Assembly (NCBI GenBank): GCA_951406725.2
Contig: OX597814.1
Span: forward strand, 434,001 to 498,000
Length of the DNA: 64,000 nucleotides
Source of the DNA: Octopus vulgaris
Lineage: Eukaryota
Direction: 5' to 3'
Positions 26,786 through 40,160 of the stretch are shown here, piece by piece. The notes under the pieces are model-generated. The model saw only the letters and a program-made list of their open reading frames with translations. It had not been told where the DNA came from and did no database searches. The position numbers were made by a program, and so were the translations under genes. The number at the start of each line of letters is the position of its first letter. The first letter of the stretch is position 1.

Positions 26786-27006
26786 AGGCAGAAACGTTAG
26801 CACGCTGGGTGAAATACGTAGCCATATTTCGTCTGCCGCTACATTCTGAGTTCAAATTCCGCCGAGGTCGACTTTGCCTTTCATCCTTTCGGGGTCGATT
26901 AAATAACTACCAGTTACGCACAGGGGTCGATCTAATTAACTTAATCCGTTTCTCTGTCCTTGTGTGTCCCCTCTATGTTTAGCCCCTTGTGGGCAATAAA
27001 GAAACA
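26786..27006 (+). mobile_element. SINE family B with TSD gaatgggcaaa
   Basis: Core and tail present; gaatgggcaaa at 26770 and at about 27007. Confidence 0.85.
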
Positions 27007-27453
27007 GAATGGGCAAAATTCTCATATTGGACTTCTCGTCGAATATGTCTCTTACTACTCTATCGTTTGCAGCGAAGCTGTTATTGAGTTTTGAACCATG
27101 TTCACCTGCTCAGGATCATTGAGTATCGTCCTCCAGTTATGGGGAAATAATTTTGTCACCATAAGAAGCCCTTCTGCCTATGCAAACGTTACTTGACCTA
27201 GTGGATCAATTGTGAGTAACCAAGTCATCTGGAATCTTTCTGCAAAATAGTCTTGTGTCGAACTTTCTAGGAAACCCCATGAGGTGTTATTAAAAACTGG
27301 GATTTTGAACTTCCACTCAGCGCTACCCCTGGCGCTACGTGCAACTATGTCACTCAGATTCAAGATAGGTGCCTTCATATGTTTCCTACTTGTTTCGCCT
27401 GTAATGATCTGGGGTGCGACACAATCTATCTATCTATATATGTATATATATAT

Positions 27454-27611
<158 letters not shown>

Positions 27612-27744
27612 GGATAGATAGATACCGTATTTACTAGTGCATAAGCCACTCTCCTAGTTAAGTGTTAAATCTTCCAACAATAATTTTCTCCTTCACAGTT
27701 TTAACATTACCCCATGTATAAGTCACACCCCAGATTTTTTTTCA

Positions 27745-28436
<692 letters not shown>

Positions 28437-28719
28437 CCACTACCTTACATCGTTGAAGAGTTGTTAAGTACCACAAAATGCCAACTTTGACAGTTTATGT
28501 TTTATTAAAAAGGCCCTTATTATATGCAGGGCGCGTCAGCTAAATGAGAACAACATTTTAATTGAAGGGAAAACAGAATATGCTTATAGAATTTGGCTCA
28601 CGTTTTTTCATGCACGTAGCAAAAGGCCGTTCAATAAAACTGCCATTAGCCTCGATTTCTGTCTCAATACTGTGTCTGAAACTACTAAATGCGTTTTTAT
28701 TCGTGATGGTCATAATTGG

Positions 28720-29042
28720 CACGCCATCAGTTACGAGGACGAGTCTTCCAGTTGGTTTGATTAACAGAACAGCTTGCTCGTGAAATTAACGTGAAAGTAG
28801 TGGTTGAGCACTCCATGGACACGTGTACCCTTAACGTAGTTCTCAGGGAGATTGAGCGGGACACAGAATGTGATAAGGTGGACCCTTTGAAATACAGGCA
28901 CTAATCATTTTTGCCAGTGGAAGGAACTGGAGAAATGGAAGTAAAGTGTCTCGCTCAAGAACACAATGCACTGCAGGGAATCGAACTCACAACCTTGAGA
29001 TCTTGAGCGAAATACCAACCCACTTAGCCATGCACCTTCACT
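28720..29042 (-). mobile_element. SINE family C nested in a Tc1/mariner remnant
   Basis: Matches 59916-60242. Confidence 0.75.
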
Positions 29043-29760
29043 GTTGCCCATAGCATCCCCAATAGCAGACATCAACGAGTCCTTGGTACTGGGAGCATAC
29101 TTGTTGTTCTCCCTCTCAACGATGCTCCCGATGTAGCGGTCCAGATGGTTGAAATCAAGAGATCTTGGTGGCCAAATATTAGGAGTCAGAGGAATTGAAA
29201 ATCGTCAGCCAACCCCTCCTGGGTCACGCAAGGTAAGCTAGAACGCCTCAGAGTCTCGCTGGAACACTGACGCCTCCTTCGAGTACTTTTTTTCGATCAT
29301 TTTGTATGTAGGCTACCACATTGACTCAAAGCATTTGCAGCAATAAGTATGAAAGCATGACAAAGTCCACATTGCTCACGACCTCAAGACGATGGGAACT
29401 TGGTATGCATAAAAGTGGGTGTTCAGTGGAGTTGGAACAGAGACATCTAACATTCCTCTCGTTCACTTTTTATCTTGGACAAAGTTCTTCCCATCTGAAA
29501 AGAACCAGAGCTTGTCGGGTTTCTCGAGGCGCTTGAGTTTATTTAGCAAGTGCTCCCACCGGATCACAGGAGTCTTATCGGATACAAACTTCCCTCTTTC
29601 ATAACAAAGGATATGTATATCTTCATGCACCACACATCTAGTCGTTGACACATGAATATGATTGACAATGACCCTTATTAACTTGCCGGGATTTTTGTTG
29701 ATGATACCCTAGACTTACTGGAGAAACTCAACTTTTCAGACCATGTCTGACTCAAGAATG
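29043..29760 (-). mobile_element. Degraded Tc1/mariner (maT/DD37D-like) transposase
   Basis: WFFSDGKNF (FSDEK-like) and IWPPRSLDFNHLDRY (WPPxSPDLNPLDY-like). Confidence 0.65.
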
Positions 29761-30492
29761 TTTCTTTTGGACACAGAAGATACATTCCCACCAGTGGCCA
29801 GAAACTCTTTTCTGGTCTTAAACACGAAGGACCTGATGACATATACAAAGGATGAAATCGCAGAAACGATGTGGTTGACAGCTAAGGAGATCAGAAGAGC
29901 ATGCCTTTTACATACATACCCTCTTCACCGTTCCCTCTCTCTCACTCTTCCTTGACACTCTCGTCGCTGACACGTGACGAAAGGGAATCTATCTTTCTGT
30001 CCATTTCCTTCCTGAAGAAAACACGTGTTTATACTGTCTCCTCTCGCAAGCTCGTCTTCCTAGGGTCCGTAATAATTTTTCTATCGTCTTGGCTTAACAC
30101 CCCTCACAGTTTGTTTTTACTGTCTTGTTCTCAATGTCTTATTCTCACTGTCATGTTCTTGTTACCACTTTCACCCTCCGCAAAAAATCCCAAATTTTAT
30201 TTAATTTGCTTTGCGGGAAGGACTGTTTCAACGAAGTCGCCTATCGCCCTTGCCTTCGAACGCAGGATAGATTAAACAGGGACAACTGATGAAGGGGGAT
30301 ATTCTTTATGTTGTATGTCTCGTTTCTCTGTTGTTTCGTTGTTCGAAAAAGTTCGTTTTCTATGCTTTTGTTTTTATGTTTTCGTTTCTCATTGTGTTCA
30401 ACGTTTTTTTATGTCCTGTATCCATATATGCATGTATATATACATATATATGTAGGTATGTACATATATGTATGTATATATGTATGTACATA

Positions 30493-30529
<37 letters not shown>

Positions 30530-31042
30530 TGTTGTGTCTGGGGAGAGTCATTTTCTTTTTGTGCCTTATAATATAACACATTCACCGGTAAAATTTCCAC
30601 TTTTTTTTTCTTAATTTTATTTCCTAAAATTTTCGTTGACTCTTGCAACCTTTTCAATAGTTTTGACTCTGTCCCTTATTTACACTGCGTTCCCTTTTGT
30701 TTGTTTGAGCGCATGTGTGTGGGTCAGTGTGTGTGCATGTGTGTTATGCAACTATGTACCATGTTTGTAGGTATGGATGTGCATCTTTATATGTGTGGAT
30801 CCGTGTCTCCATATGTGTCTGTTCTTGTAACCTATGCACGTATCCGTCTCTATGTTGATCTGTTTATTTATTTATTTTCTGTCTATGTGCTTACACACAG
30901 AAAAAAGTGGGGTGCATACACACACACACACACACTCACACCCACACACACACATACATACATTTACCTACCTAACAGTCCACTAACTATTCTACTCTAC
31001 CTGTGTAAACTGTGGGTATGGACTATGGTATTTACTATATAA

Positions 31043-31273
31043 GGCGGCGAGCTGGCAGAAACGTTAGCGCGCCGGGCAAAACGCTTAACAGTATTTCGTC
31101 TGCCGCTACGTTCTGAGTTCAAATTCCGCCGAGGTTGACTTTGCCTTTCATCGTTTCGGGGTCGATAAATTAAGAATCAGTTACGCACTGGGGTCGATAT
31201 GATCGACTTAATCTGTTTGTCTGTCCTTGTTTGTCCTCTCTGTGTTTAGCCCCTTGTGGGTAGTAAAGAAATA
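31043..31273 (+). mobile_element. Full SINE family B with TSD ggtatttactat
   Basis: ggtatttactat at 31027 and 31274. Confidence 0.92.
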
Positions 31274-31764
31274 GGTATTTACTATGTATATTTCCTATGA
31301 CGTAACAAAACTGTTGGTTAATTAGCATATAATGGTATTACGTCATCAATATTTGTGCGTAAATGTACGGTCAATATAGACTTTGTAAAGAAAAGCAAAA
31401 CATTACCAGAGACTATTTATAGATAAGTTGTATTAAAACGAAGTACACTAAAGTAATTTACTCTTAAAATAATATGTTTTATCTCAAATTTAGTTTTATA
31501 AATTATTATAAGAATTTCAACGATATACATATGAGAAACGTGCTTAATTGAATTTATAGTAAAATACCAATACACTGCCACGCATAGAAGTCATAATGTA
31601 CATCTACACTGTTTAATTAAAATATTATACTGTATTATATCATATTATGTTAAATCATATTATATTATAAATATAGGTTTTTCAGCAATATTACAAATAC
31701 TAACCGTTTTTTAACGCTTATCATCAAAGAGGATTATATATTTAATGGTAGCTTTTAAGAGTCT

Positions 31765-32283
31765 ATTTACATGCATGAACACATAAAAAAAAAACAGTCT
31801 GTTTAAGAGACGTCTCCTAGAACGTAAGATCAAAAATAATTCTTCTAGACAGAGAAAGCAATAGAAGTTTCCAGGCTTATAATCTCCCACTCCTCAGAAA
31901 AACTTCTTTTCGTTTTTCTTTTTGTCTTTCAAGTCCCGAATAAATTTACCGTGGCTGGTAGAAGATCTGTTCCTATTATTAAAGGTGTAAATATGGTTAC
32001 AGACGCGCTTCTCAACAAAATTTTGCGTATCCCCTATGTAGAAGAAACTTTTACCCTCAGGTATCACCTTACATCTATAAACAACATTCTTTCGTTTACA
32101 ATAATTTTTAAATAAAAATTCACTTCTAACCCTGCAATTACAAAAAGCATTTTCATTAGTACTCGTTTTATTACTCTGTCTCATATCATTACATCCAGTA
32201 AAATTGCTACTTGCCATTTTATCTGCATTCAAGAGTTTGTGATGGGATCTGACACAGGTTGATTTCCCTTGTACACTTGACAT
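31765..32283 (-). mobile_element. Penelope-like (Naiad-type) GIY-YIG fragment
   Basis: CNCR...C..KNVVYRCKV..FFYIGDT..KRVCNH, later YKPG..CFLCLEE..LLNR. Confidence 0.78.
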
Positions 32284-32336
32284 CCCAAATTTACTTTCAT
32301 TACTAGCGTTTATTCCATTAGTATTACTGTTAAATT

Positions 32337-32454
32337 GTTTCCCTGATGAAATATCTAATTAACCAGTTTCGATATGAAAATTTAAATCAAATTAAATTAA
32401 TTTAATTTAATTTCTGTAATTGAACTAAATGGATATCGAAACGGCTGTAGGACA
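32337..32454 (+). ncRNA. Hammerhead ribozyme motif with extended AT-rich stem II
   Basis: tcc CTGATGA aatatc...gatatc GAAA c-ggct-g TA gga. Confidence 0.55.
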
Positions 32455-32586
32455 GGAATTTCCTTTTATGGATTTGAATATCTTTCAATAAACTGATGTC
32501 TGCATGTCGATTTCTCCATTTTCTTCTTTTCCTCATTCATATATGAAGCCCGTCGTGTGTGTATATATATATACGATGGGCTTAAG

Positions 32587-32749
32587 AGTGGCTGTGTGGT
32601 AAGTAGCTTGCTTACGAAGCACATAGTTCCGGGTTCAGTCCCACCGCGTGGCACTTTGGGCGAGTGTCTTCTACTATAGCCTCGGGCCGACCAAAGCCTT
32701 GTGAGTGGATTTGGTAGATGGAAGCTGAAAGAAGCCCGTCGTATATATC

Positions 32750-32813
<64 letters not shown>

Positions 32814-33023
32814 TATGTCTGTGTTTGACGCCCCAACATCGCTTGACAACCGATGCTGGTGTGTTTACTTCCCCGTAACAACTTTTGCGGTTCGGCAAAA
32901 GAGACCGATAGAATAAGTACTCGGCTTACAAAGAATAAATTCTGGGGCCGATTTGTTCGACCAAAGGCGGTGCTCCAGCATGGCCGCAGTCAAATTCCTG
33001 AAACAAATAAAAGAATAAAAGAA
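32587..33023 (+). mobile_element. SINE family A, full length
   Basis: Head, internal (TG)n, and tail ggcggtgctccagcatggccgcagtc...taaaagaataaaagaa. Confidence 0.9.
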
Positions 33024-34034
33024 TATATGTGTACATATATATCATACATTTCAAAGCTTCTCTGTCGTTATCGGCTACCATATGCCAGGATTACTCCTCT
33101 TATATGGATGTGGAAATCTGTTAGTGTACGCAGAATTCATATACAAATTTATAAGACAAGAAAATGGAATGAACAGACTTTAATAACAAATCACAACAAT
33201 TGTTTCTGAGGATCAGTAACAGCTATTAATTAGTCACTGAGTTTTCCATATTATACATATAGTTATATGAATATCATATGAATATGATCCAACAGTAGTT
33301 GTGCACACGCACGTTATCAGGTTATTTCAGAATATGCCTTTATTCTAAAGTAGAATACATGTATGAAGCAATGGGAAACTAGACGTGATCCAGCGGTGGT
33401 CTCAAGGCTACTCACCTGATGACGTGCCGGTACACAGCTGCTGGCGCTGGATCGTATTTATTTATATAGTATTTATGTAATAATGTGCATAATATAGGGA
33501 AAAATCAGCACCTAACAGCTGTTACTAATGCATATATGTGTGTGTGTGTGTGTGTATGTGTGTGTGTGTGTGTGTATACAAACACACACACACACACATG
33601 TATGTATGTTACATAAAGCGTTACTAATTGACTATTTTGTGTTAGCTCTTGTGAAATCAATCTGGTAGCCGTGTTACGCAAAAAGACATTTTATTCTCAG
33701 AAATGACAGCTTGCATCAATAGGCAATGAAATCTAGTTTCTATGCAACGATTAGTGTTCTTGTGGTTGTTGATTAGTGTTCCTGCTGCTGCTGCTGTTGT
33801 TGTTATTAGTAGTAGTCATCTTTGTTGGACCGTGGTCGAGACAATGGAATTGACTATGTTACGCCAGACTTCACGGTCGATCATAGCATTACGGAGGTCC
33901 TGTTGCTGGATGCCTGTATCCCTGGAGATTACATCAGGGTAGTAGACAATGTTAATGTCGGGTCGTTGATGTTATGGGTGGTGATGGCGGTGGTAGCATC
34001 CGCAGTGGTGTGGGTGTATCTATCTATCCGTCTG

Positions 34035-34062
<28 letters not shown>

Positions 34063-34066
<4 letters not shown>

Positions 34067-35290
34067 GGTCACTGATTCTGTCCCCTGCCTTCCACCCTCT
34101 TTGATTCCCTCTCTCTCTGTCTCTCTTTCTCTCTCTCCTGCGACCTGCTGCTTCTTAAACCATTCTGTTGGCCTTCGTATCTCGACCAACATGTGTCCCC
34201 GCTACCGAAACGGTAATTATTTCTACGCCAGCTATGTTGTTGTTGTGTTTTTGTCTCATTTGGTCTAAAGTCGTATGACAACCACCGTTCTATATATTTT
34301 GTTTATTCATTACTGTTTTCAATTTCGTTTTCGTCTCTTGTATTCACATCCGTCTTGTGCGTTCACATTCCTGTCTTCTACCAAGAAATCTAATGCTTAC
34401 AGCTTAGTTTTTTTTCTTGGGGCTGGCCGAGTTGGAGCAAATATCAGAATTGAACAGCCGAAATTTGCTATGATGATTCGGTGTCTGACTGAAGATTGAA
34501 GGCTTCGAATGATTTGTCTGTGTTCCGTGTTCGTCCCTTCCTGTATTTCACGTTCATTATATATAAAAACATTCATTCTTATATTATTGCGGCGTTACGT
34601 GCACCCCCCCCCCGTTTGTTTGTCCAATTTTAAACCCTGCACGACTTCTATACACACTGTCTTTTACTACCCGCCATTGCTTCTTCACCAAACTTTTTGG
34701 CGCCCTCCGATTCTTCCTCCCATCCTCCTCCCCTCTTCCTCCCATCCTCCTTAATCCCTTCTTTCTCCTTCTCTCTTGGTCACTGATTCTGTCCCCTGCC
34801 TTCCACCCTCTTTGATTCCCTCTCTCTCTGTCTCTCTTTCTCTCTCTCCTGCGACCTGCTGCTTCTTAAACCATTCTGTTGGCCTTCGTATCTCGACCAA
34901 CATGTGTCCCCGCTACCGAAACGGTAATTATTTCTACGCCAGCTGCTATGTTGTTGTTGTGTTTTTGTCTCATTTGGTCTAAAGTCGTATGACAACCACC
35001 GTTCTATATATTTTGTTTATTCATTACTGTTTTCAATTTCGTTTTCGTCTCTTGTATTCACATCCGTCTTGTGCGTTCACATTCCTGTCTTCTACCAAGA
35101 AATCTAATGCTTACAGCTTAGTTTTTTTCTTGGGGCTGGCCGAGTTGGAGCAAATATCAGAATTGAACAGCCGAAATTTGCTATGATGATTCGGTGTCTG
35201 ACTGAAGATTGAAGGCTTCGAATGATTTGTCTGTGTTCCGTGTTCGTCCCTTCCTGTATTTCACGTTCATTATATATAAAAACATTCATT

Positions 35291-35297
<7 letters not shown>
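34063..35297. repeat. Near-identical direct repeat of about 522 bp (34063-34584 and 34774-35297)
   Basis: Both copies start tcttggtcactgattctg and end cattcattcttatat; 189-bp spacer. Confidence 0.95.
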
Positions 35298-35349
<52 letters not shown>

Positions 35350-35438
35350 GTCTGTTTGTCTATCTATCTATTTATATCATTCTATCTATCTATCTATCTA
35401 TCTTTATCTATCCATCTATCTATCTATCTATCTATCTA

Positions 35439-35501
<63 letters not shown>

Positions 35502-35685
35502 GTCTTCTTAAGACTTAAGGGACAGATAGATTAAATAACATAGGCATTGACCCACGGTCTAGAGAAACAGACCACAGTGATTATTAGCGGGAACAGCTTA
35601 GATTGGAAGTCTGTTCATGGGTGGAATTTACCATGGTGGAATATACCTATGGTGAAATTTTCCGTGGTGGAATTTACCTAGAACC

Positions 35686-36012
35686 CATACATACATACAT
35701 ACATACATAATACATACGTACATACATACATACATACATGCATACGTACATGCATACGTACATGCATACGTACATGCATACGTACATGCATACGTACATG
35801 CATACGTACATGCATACGTACATGCATACGTACATGCATACATACATGCATACATACATACACACATACATACACACATACATACATACATACATACACA
35901 CATACATACACACATACACACATACATACATACATACACACATACATACATACACACATACACTCATACATTCATACATACATACATACATACATATATA
36001 CATACATACATG

Positions 36013-36044
<32 letters not shown>

Positions 36045-36212
36045 TACATACATACACACATACATACACACATACACACACATACACACACACATACACA
36101 CACATACATACACACATACACACATACATACATACATACACACATACATACATACATTCATACATTCATACATTCATACATTCATACATTCATACATACA
36201 TACATACATACA

Positions 36213-36243
<31 letters not shown>
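35686..36243. repeat. (TACA)n satellite with a 12-bp tgcatacgtaca block
   Basis: Directly visible. Confidence 0.95.
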
Positions 36244-36244
<1 letters not shown>

Positions 36245-36595
36245 AAGTAAAAGGAAATAGAAGGAAAATTCTTGAAAGTATCGAAAAGAGATGTCTTTGA
36301 ACTCCAATTGAGCCGCCTGAAAGAGGAGTCAATGAGAAGCTGTCGGAGAGAAAGTTGGACATTAGAAGCGGGTGACTGAAAAAATAATGAACAAGCCATT
36401 AAGACGAAATCAATCAGTACGAAGGGATTGTGCGATCAGGGGACAGTCAATGAAAAAGGGGACAGACGATCATTCCCAGGAAGATATGGCTTACGAGGGT
36501 GGTTCCACTGGAAATGAAGGAGTGATGCTAGAGTTGTGGAACTTTGCATGCATTAATTTCAGCTCTTCTTATTGATGACTACATTGTTTCTTTGA

Positions 36596-37006
36596 CTGTG
36601 TGGTAAGTAGCTTGCTTACCGACCACATGGTTCCGGGTTCAGTCCCACTACGTGGCACCTTTTGCAAGTGTCTTCTACTAAAGCCTTGGGTCGACCAAAG
36701 CCTTATGAGTGGATTTGGTAGACGGAAACTGAAAGAAGCCTGTCGTATATATGTATGTGTATATATATATATGTGTGTATGTGTGTGTTTATGTGTTTGT
36801 TTGTTCCCCGAACATCGCTTGACAACAGATAGTGGTGTGTTTACGTCCCCGTAACTTAGCGGTTCGGCAAAAGAGACCGATAGAATAAGTACTAGGCAGA
36901 CAAAGAATAAGTCCTGGGGTCGATTTGCTCAACTAAATACGGTGCTCCAGCATGGCCACAGTCAAATGACTGAAACAAGTAAAAGAGTAAAGGAGTAAAA
37001 AGAGTA
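36596..37006 (+). mobile_element. SINE family A
   Basis: Matches 32587-33023. Confidence 0.88.
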
Positions 37007-37079
37007 AACTGACATCTGACTGTTCAAAGAACATTTCAAAAGTTATTAGTCTCTTGAAAATAGACAAAATTTGATGCCG

Positions 37080-37494
37080 TGGAGTAAAGATTATTTGCCA
37101 ACATAACATGGCAGTCCTGGTTTAGGATGAATGTTGCTGTAATTTAGCCCCAGGAGACATCGTCTGTGTCCTTATATTTTCGAACAAGGGAATCTAGCAC
37201 CACCACCCCCCACTCAGCTCAAAACAATATCTGTGTATAGCGAATTTGGCAGCGCCACCTCTAGCCGAGCAATTATTCTGTGCTGATGAAGGGAAATAAC
37301 CCGGAAATCGCAATACACAGATATTGTTTTCAGCTGAGTGGCGGGGGTGGTGCTAGATTCCCTTGTTCGAAAATATAAGGACACAAATCATGTCGTATAG
37401 CCAGCTGGAGACGATGTCTCATGGGGCTAAATTACAGCAACATTCGTCCTAAACCAGGACTGCCATGTTATGTTGGCAAACAATCTTTATTCCA
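37080..37494. repeat. Long inverted repeat (fold-back) with a hammerhead motif in the loop
   Basis: Arms 37080-37243 and 37308-37494 are reverse complements apart from scattered mismatches and an indel of about 25 bp. Confidence 0.92.
37277..37321 (+). ncRNA. Minimal type I hammerhead ribozyme motif
   Basis: Stem I tctgtg/cacaga; CTGATGA; stem II ggg-aaataa-ccc; GAAA; stem III at-cgca-at; cleavage triplet AUA. Confidence 0.75.
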
Positions 37495-37599
37495 AAGTAC
37501 TGTTGCTGAATATCTCTTGTTGTGAGATTTACAAATAGTAATTTTCTAATTTGGTGTCGTGCTGTTGACAATTACCGGCAGAAAAAGAGTTTAGCCTCA

Positions 37600-37826
37600 A
37601 ACAACACTCATGCTGTCATGGTTGCTACATTAGGGGATGATGCTCTAGTTTTATCAACGGTGTAAAAACGGGCAGCTAAATTTAGGAGGAGAAGGAAGAG
37701 TCTCGGAGATGATCCAGCTTCTGGACGTCCTGAAACAGCTTCCACTGAGGACAACACTGATCGTGTTCACTACATACTGATGGATGGCAGGCGATTGACT
37801 ATAAATCAAATATCCAATGCTATTCG
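37600..37826 (+). mobile_element. Mariner transposase N-terminal remnant
   Basis: SGRP..ASTEDNTDRVHYILMDGRRLTINQISNAI. Confidence 0.65.
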
Positions 37827-37929
37827 TATTAGGTTGGTGCATAATTATTGCGGCTTTTTTTTTTCAATAAATTTTAGTCAACAAAAAATTTAAACAAAAC
37901 GCTAAGCAGAAATAGAAGTAGATTATGAA

Positions 37930-38720
37930 GGCAGCGAGCTGGCAGAAACGTTAGCACACCGGGCGAAATGCTTGGCGGTATTTCGTCTGCCGTTATGATC
38001 TGAGTTCAAGTTCCGCCGAGGTCGACTTTGCCTTTCATCCTTTCGGGGTCGATAAATTAAGTACCAGTTACGCACTGGGATCGATGTAATCGACTTAATC
38101 TCCTTGTCTGTCCTCTCTGTGTTTAGCCCCTTGTAGGTAGTAAAGAAATAGGTATTTCGTCCGCCGTTATGTTCTGAGTTCAAATTCCGCCGTGGTCGAC
38201 TTTGCCTTTCATCCTTTCGGGGTCGATAAATTAAGTACCAGTTATGCACTGGGGTCGATATTATCGACTTAATCCGTTTGTCTATCCTCGTCTGTCCTCT
38301 CTGTGTTTAGCCCCTTGTAGGTAGTAAAGAAATAGGTATTTCGTCTGTCTTTACGTTGTGAGTTCAAATTCCGCCGTGGTCGACTTTGCCTTTCATCCTT
38401 CGGGATCGATAAATTAAATACCAGTTACTCACTGAGGAGGTCGATGTAATCGACCTTATCCCTTTGTCTGTACTTGTTTGTCCCCTCTATGTTTAGCCCC
38501 CTGTGGGCAATAAAGAAGTAAAAAACGTTAGGACGCTGGGCGAAATGCTTAGCGGTATTTCGTCTGTTGTTACGTTCTGAGTTCAAATTCCGCCAAGGTT
38601 GACTTTGCTTTTCATCCTTTCGGGGTCGATAACTTAAGTACCAGTTGTGTACTGGGGTCGATCTAATCGACTGGCCCCCTCCCACAAAATTTCGGGCTTT
38701 GTACCTAGAGTAGAAAAATA
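37930..38720 (+). mobile_element. Tandem array of four SINE family B units
   Basis: Core repeats near 38000, 38175, 38360 and 38580; junctions aaagaaata|ggtatttcgtc. Confidence 0.9.
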
Positions 38721-38870
38721 TTCTCTGTCGTGCTGAATTTCGCTAAGAACTATGTTAAGAGTACACGGGTCTGTGGAGTACTCAGCCACTTGCATGCTAA
38801 TTACACGAGCAGGCTGTTCCGTTGATCGGATCAACTGGCACCCTCTTCGTCATAACCGATGGAATGCTAG

Positions 38871-38904
<34 letters not shown>

Positions 38905-39199
38905 ATCGTAAAAATGTCTGGTCTGAAAAGAAGGCGTTTAAACCGGATGTATCCTAGGAACAAGAAATCTGATAGGAGCATCTTCTCTGCCAACAGTATC
39001 AATGGCGATATTGCTGAGGGTAGTAAAGTTTTAAGAGAGGAAAGCAGCAGAAAGAGCTTTAATACTGGTACCAAAATGGATCTTCCGTCAGCAGCAACTT
39101 ATAAATCTTTCGCGAAAAAATACTCCATGGATGATATAAATAAACTACCCTAAACAGATTGCCATTCACACAAGGAAGAAATGTTAGCCTCACAGCAGA

Positions 39200-39213
39200 A
39201 TCATCATCATCAG

Positions 39214-39271
<58 letters not shown>

Positions 39272-40160
39272 GTCGTCGTCGTCACCGTCGTTTAACGTCC
39301 GTTTTCCATGCTGGCATGGGTTGGACGGTTTGACTGGGGACAGGCAAGTCAGTAGGCTGTACCAGGCTCCAATCTGATCTGGGCAATGTTTCTACAGCTG
39401 GATGTCCTTCCTAACGCCAACCACTCCGAGAGTGTAGTGGGTGCTTTTTTCCGTGTCACTGGCACGGGAGCCAGTCAGGCGGCACTAGTATCGATCACGT
39501 TCGGATGGTGCTTTTACATGCCACCTCCACAGGAGCCAGTCGTGGAGGAGGGGGACTGGCATCGACCACGTTCGGGTGGTGTTTTTTACGTTCCACCGGC
39601 ACGGGGAGCCAGTCAGGTGGCACTGACAACGACCCTCGTCTTGCGACTATACTGAGCAATTTATAATCGGCAAAAACTGTGATGCCAGAGGCACGCTGGT
39701 ATAAAATTAATTTGGCTGTAGTCTGGATGGGTTATGATGTAACACTTTTGCTGGCTGACTGGCTCCCAAGCCAGTGGCACGTAAAAAGCACCATTCAAGC
39801 GTGGCTGGTGCCAGTACCTATTTCTTTATTGCCCACAAGGGGCTAAACACAGAGGGGACAAACAAGGACAGACAAACGGATTAAGTCGATTACATCGACC
39901 CCAGTGCGTAACTGGTACTTATTTAATCGACCCTGAAAGGATGAAAGGCAAAGTCAACCCCTGACTGGCCCTCGTGTCAGTGGCACGTAAAAGCACCCAC
40001 TACACTCACGGAGTGGTTGGCGTTAAGAAGGGCATCCATCTGTAGAAACATTGCCAGATGGGATTGGAGCCCGGTGCAGCCTCCTGGCTTCCCAGACCTC
40101 AGTCAAACCGTCCAACCCATGCCAGCATGGAAAGCAGACGTTAAATGACGATGATGATGT
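39200..40160. mobile_element. Two oppositely oriented SINE family E copies, the second interrupted by a SINE B 3' fragment (39820-39960)
   Basis: (CAT)n/(GAT)n tails at both outer ends and a shared body. Confidence 0.75.

Noticed and set aside
30285-30350. CTGATGA as a hammerhead core (also near 14329 and 33416)
   Set aside because: No correctly placed stem II, GAAA and NUH with stem I pairing could be found.
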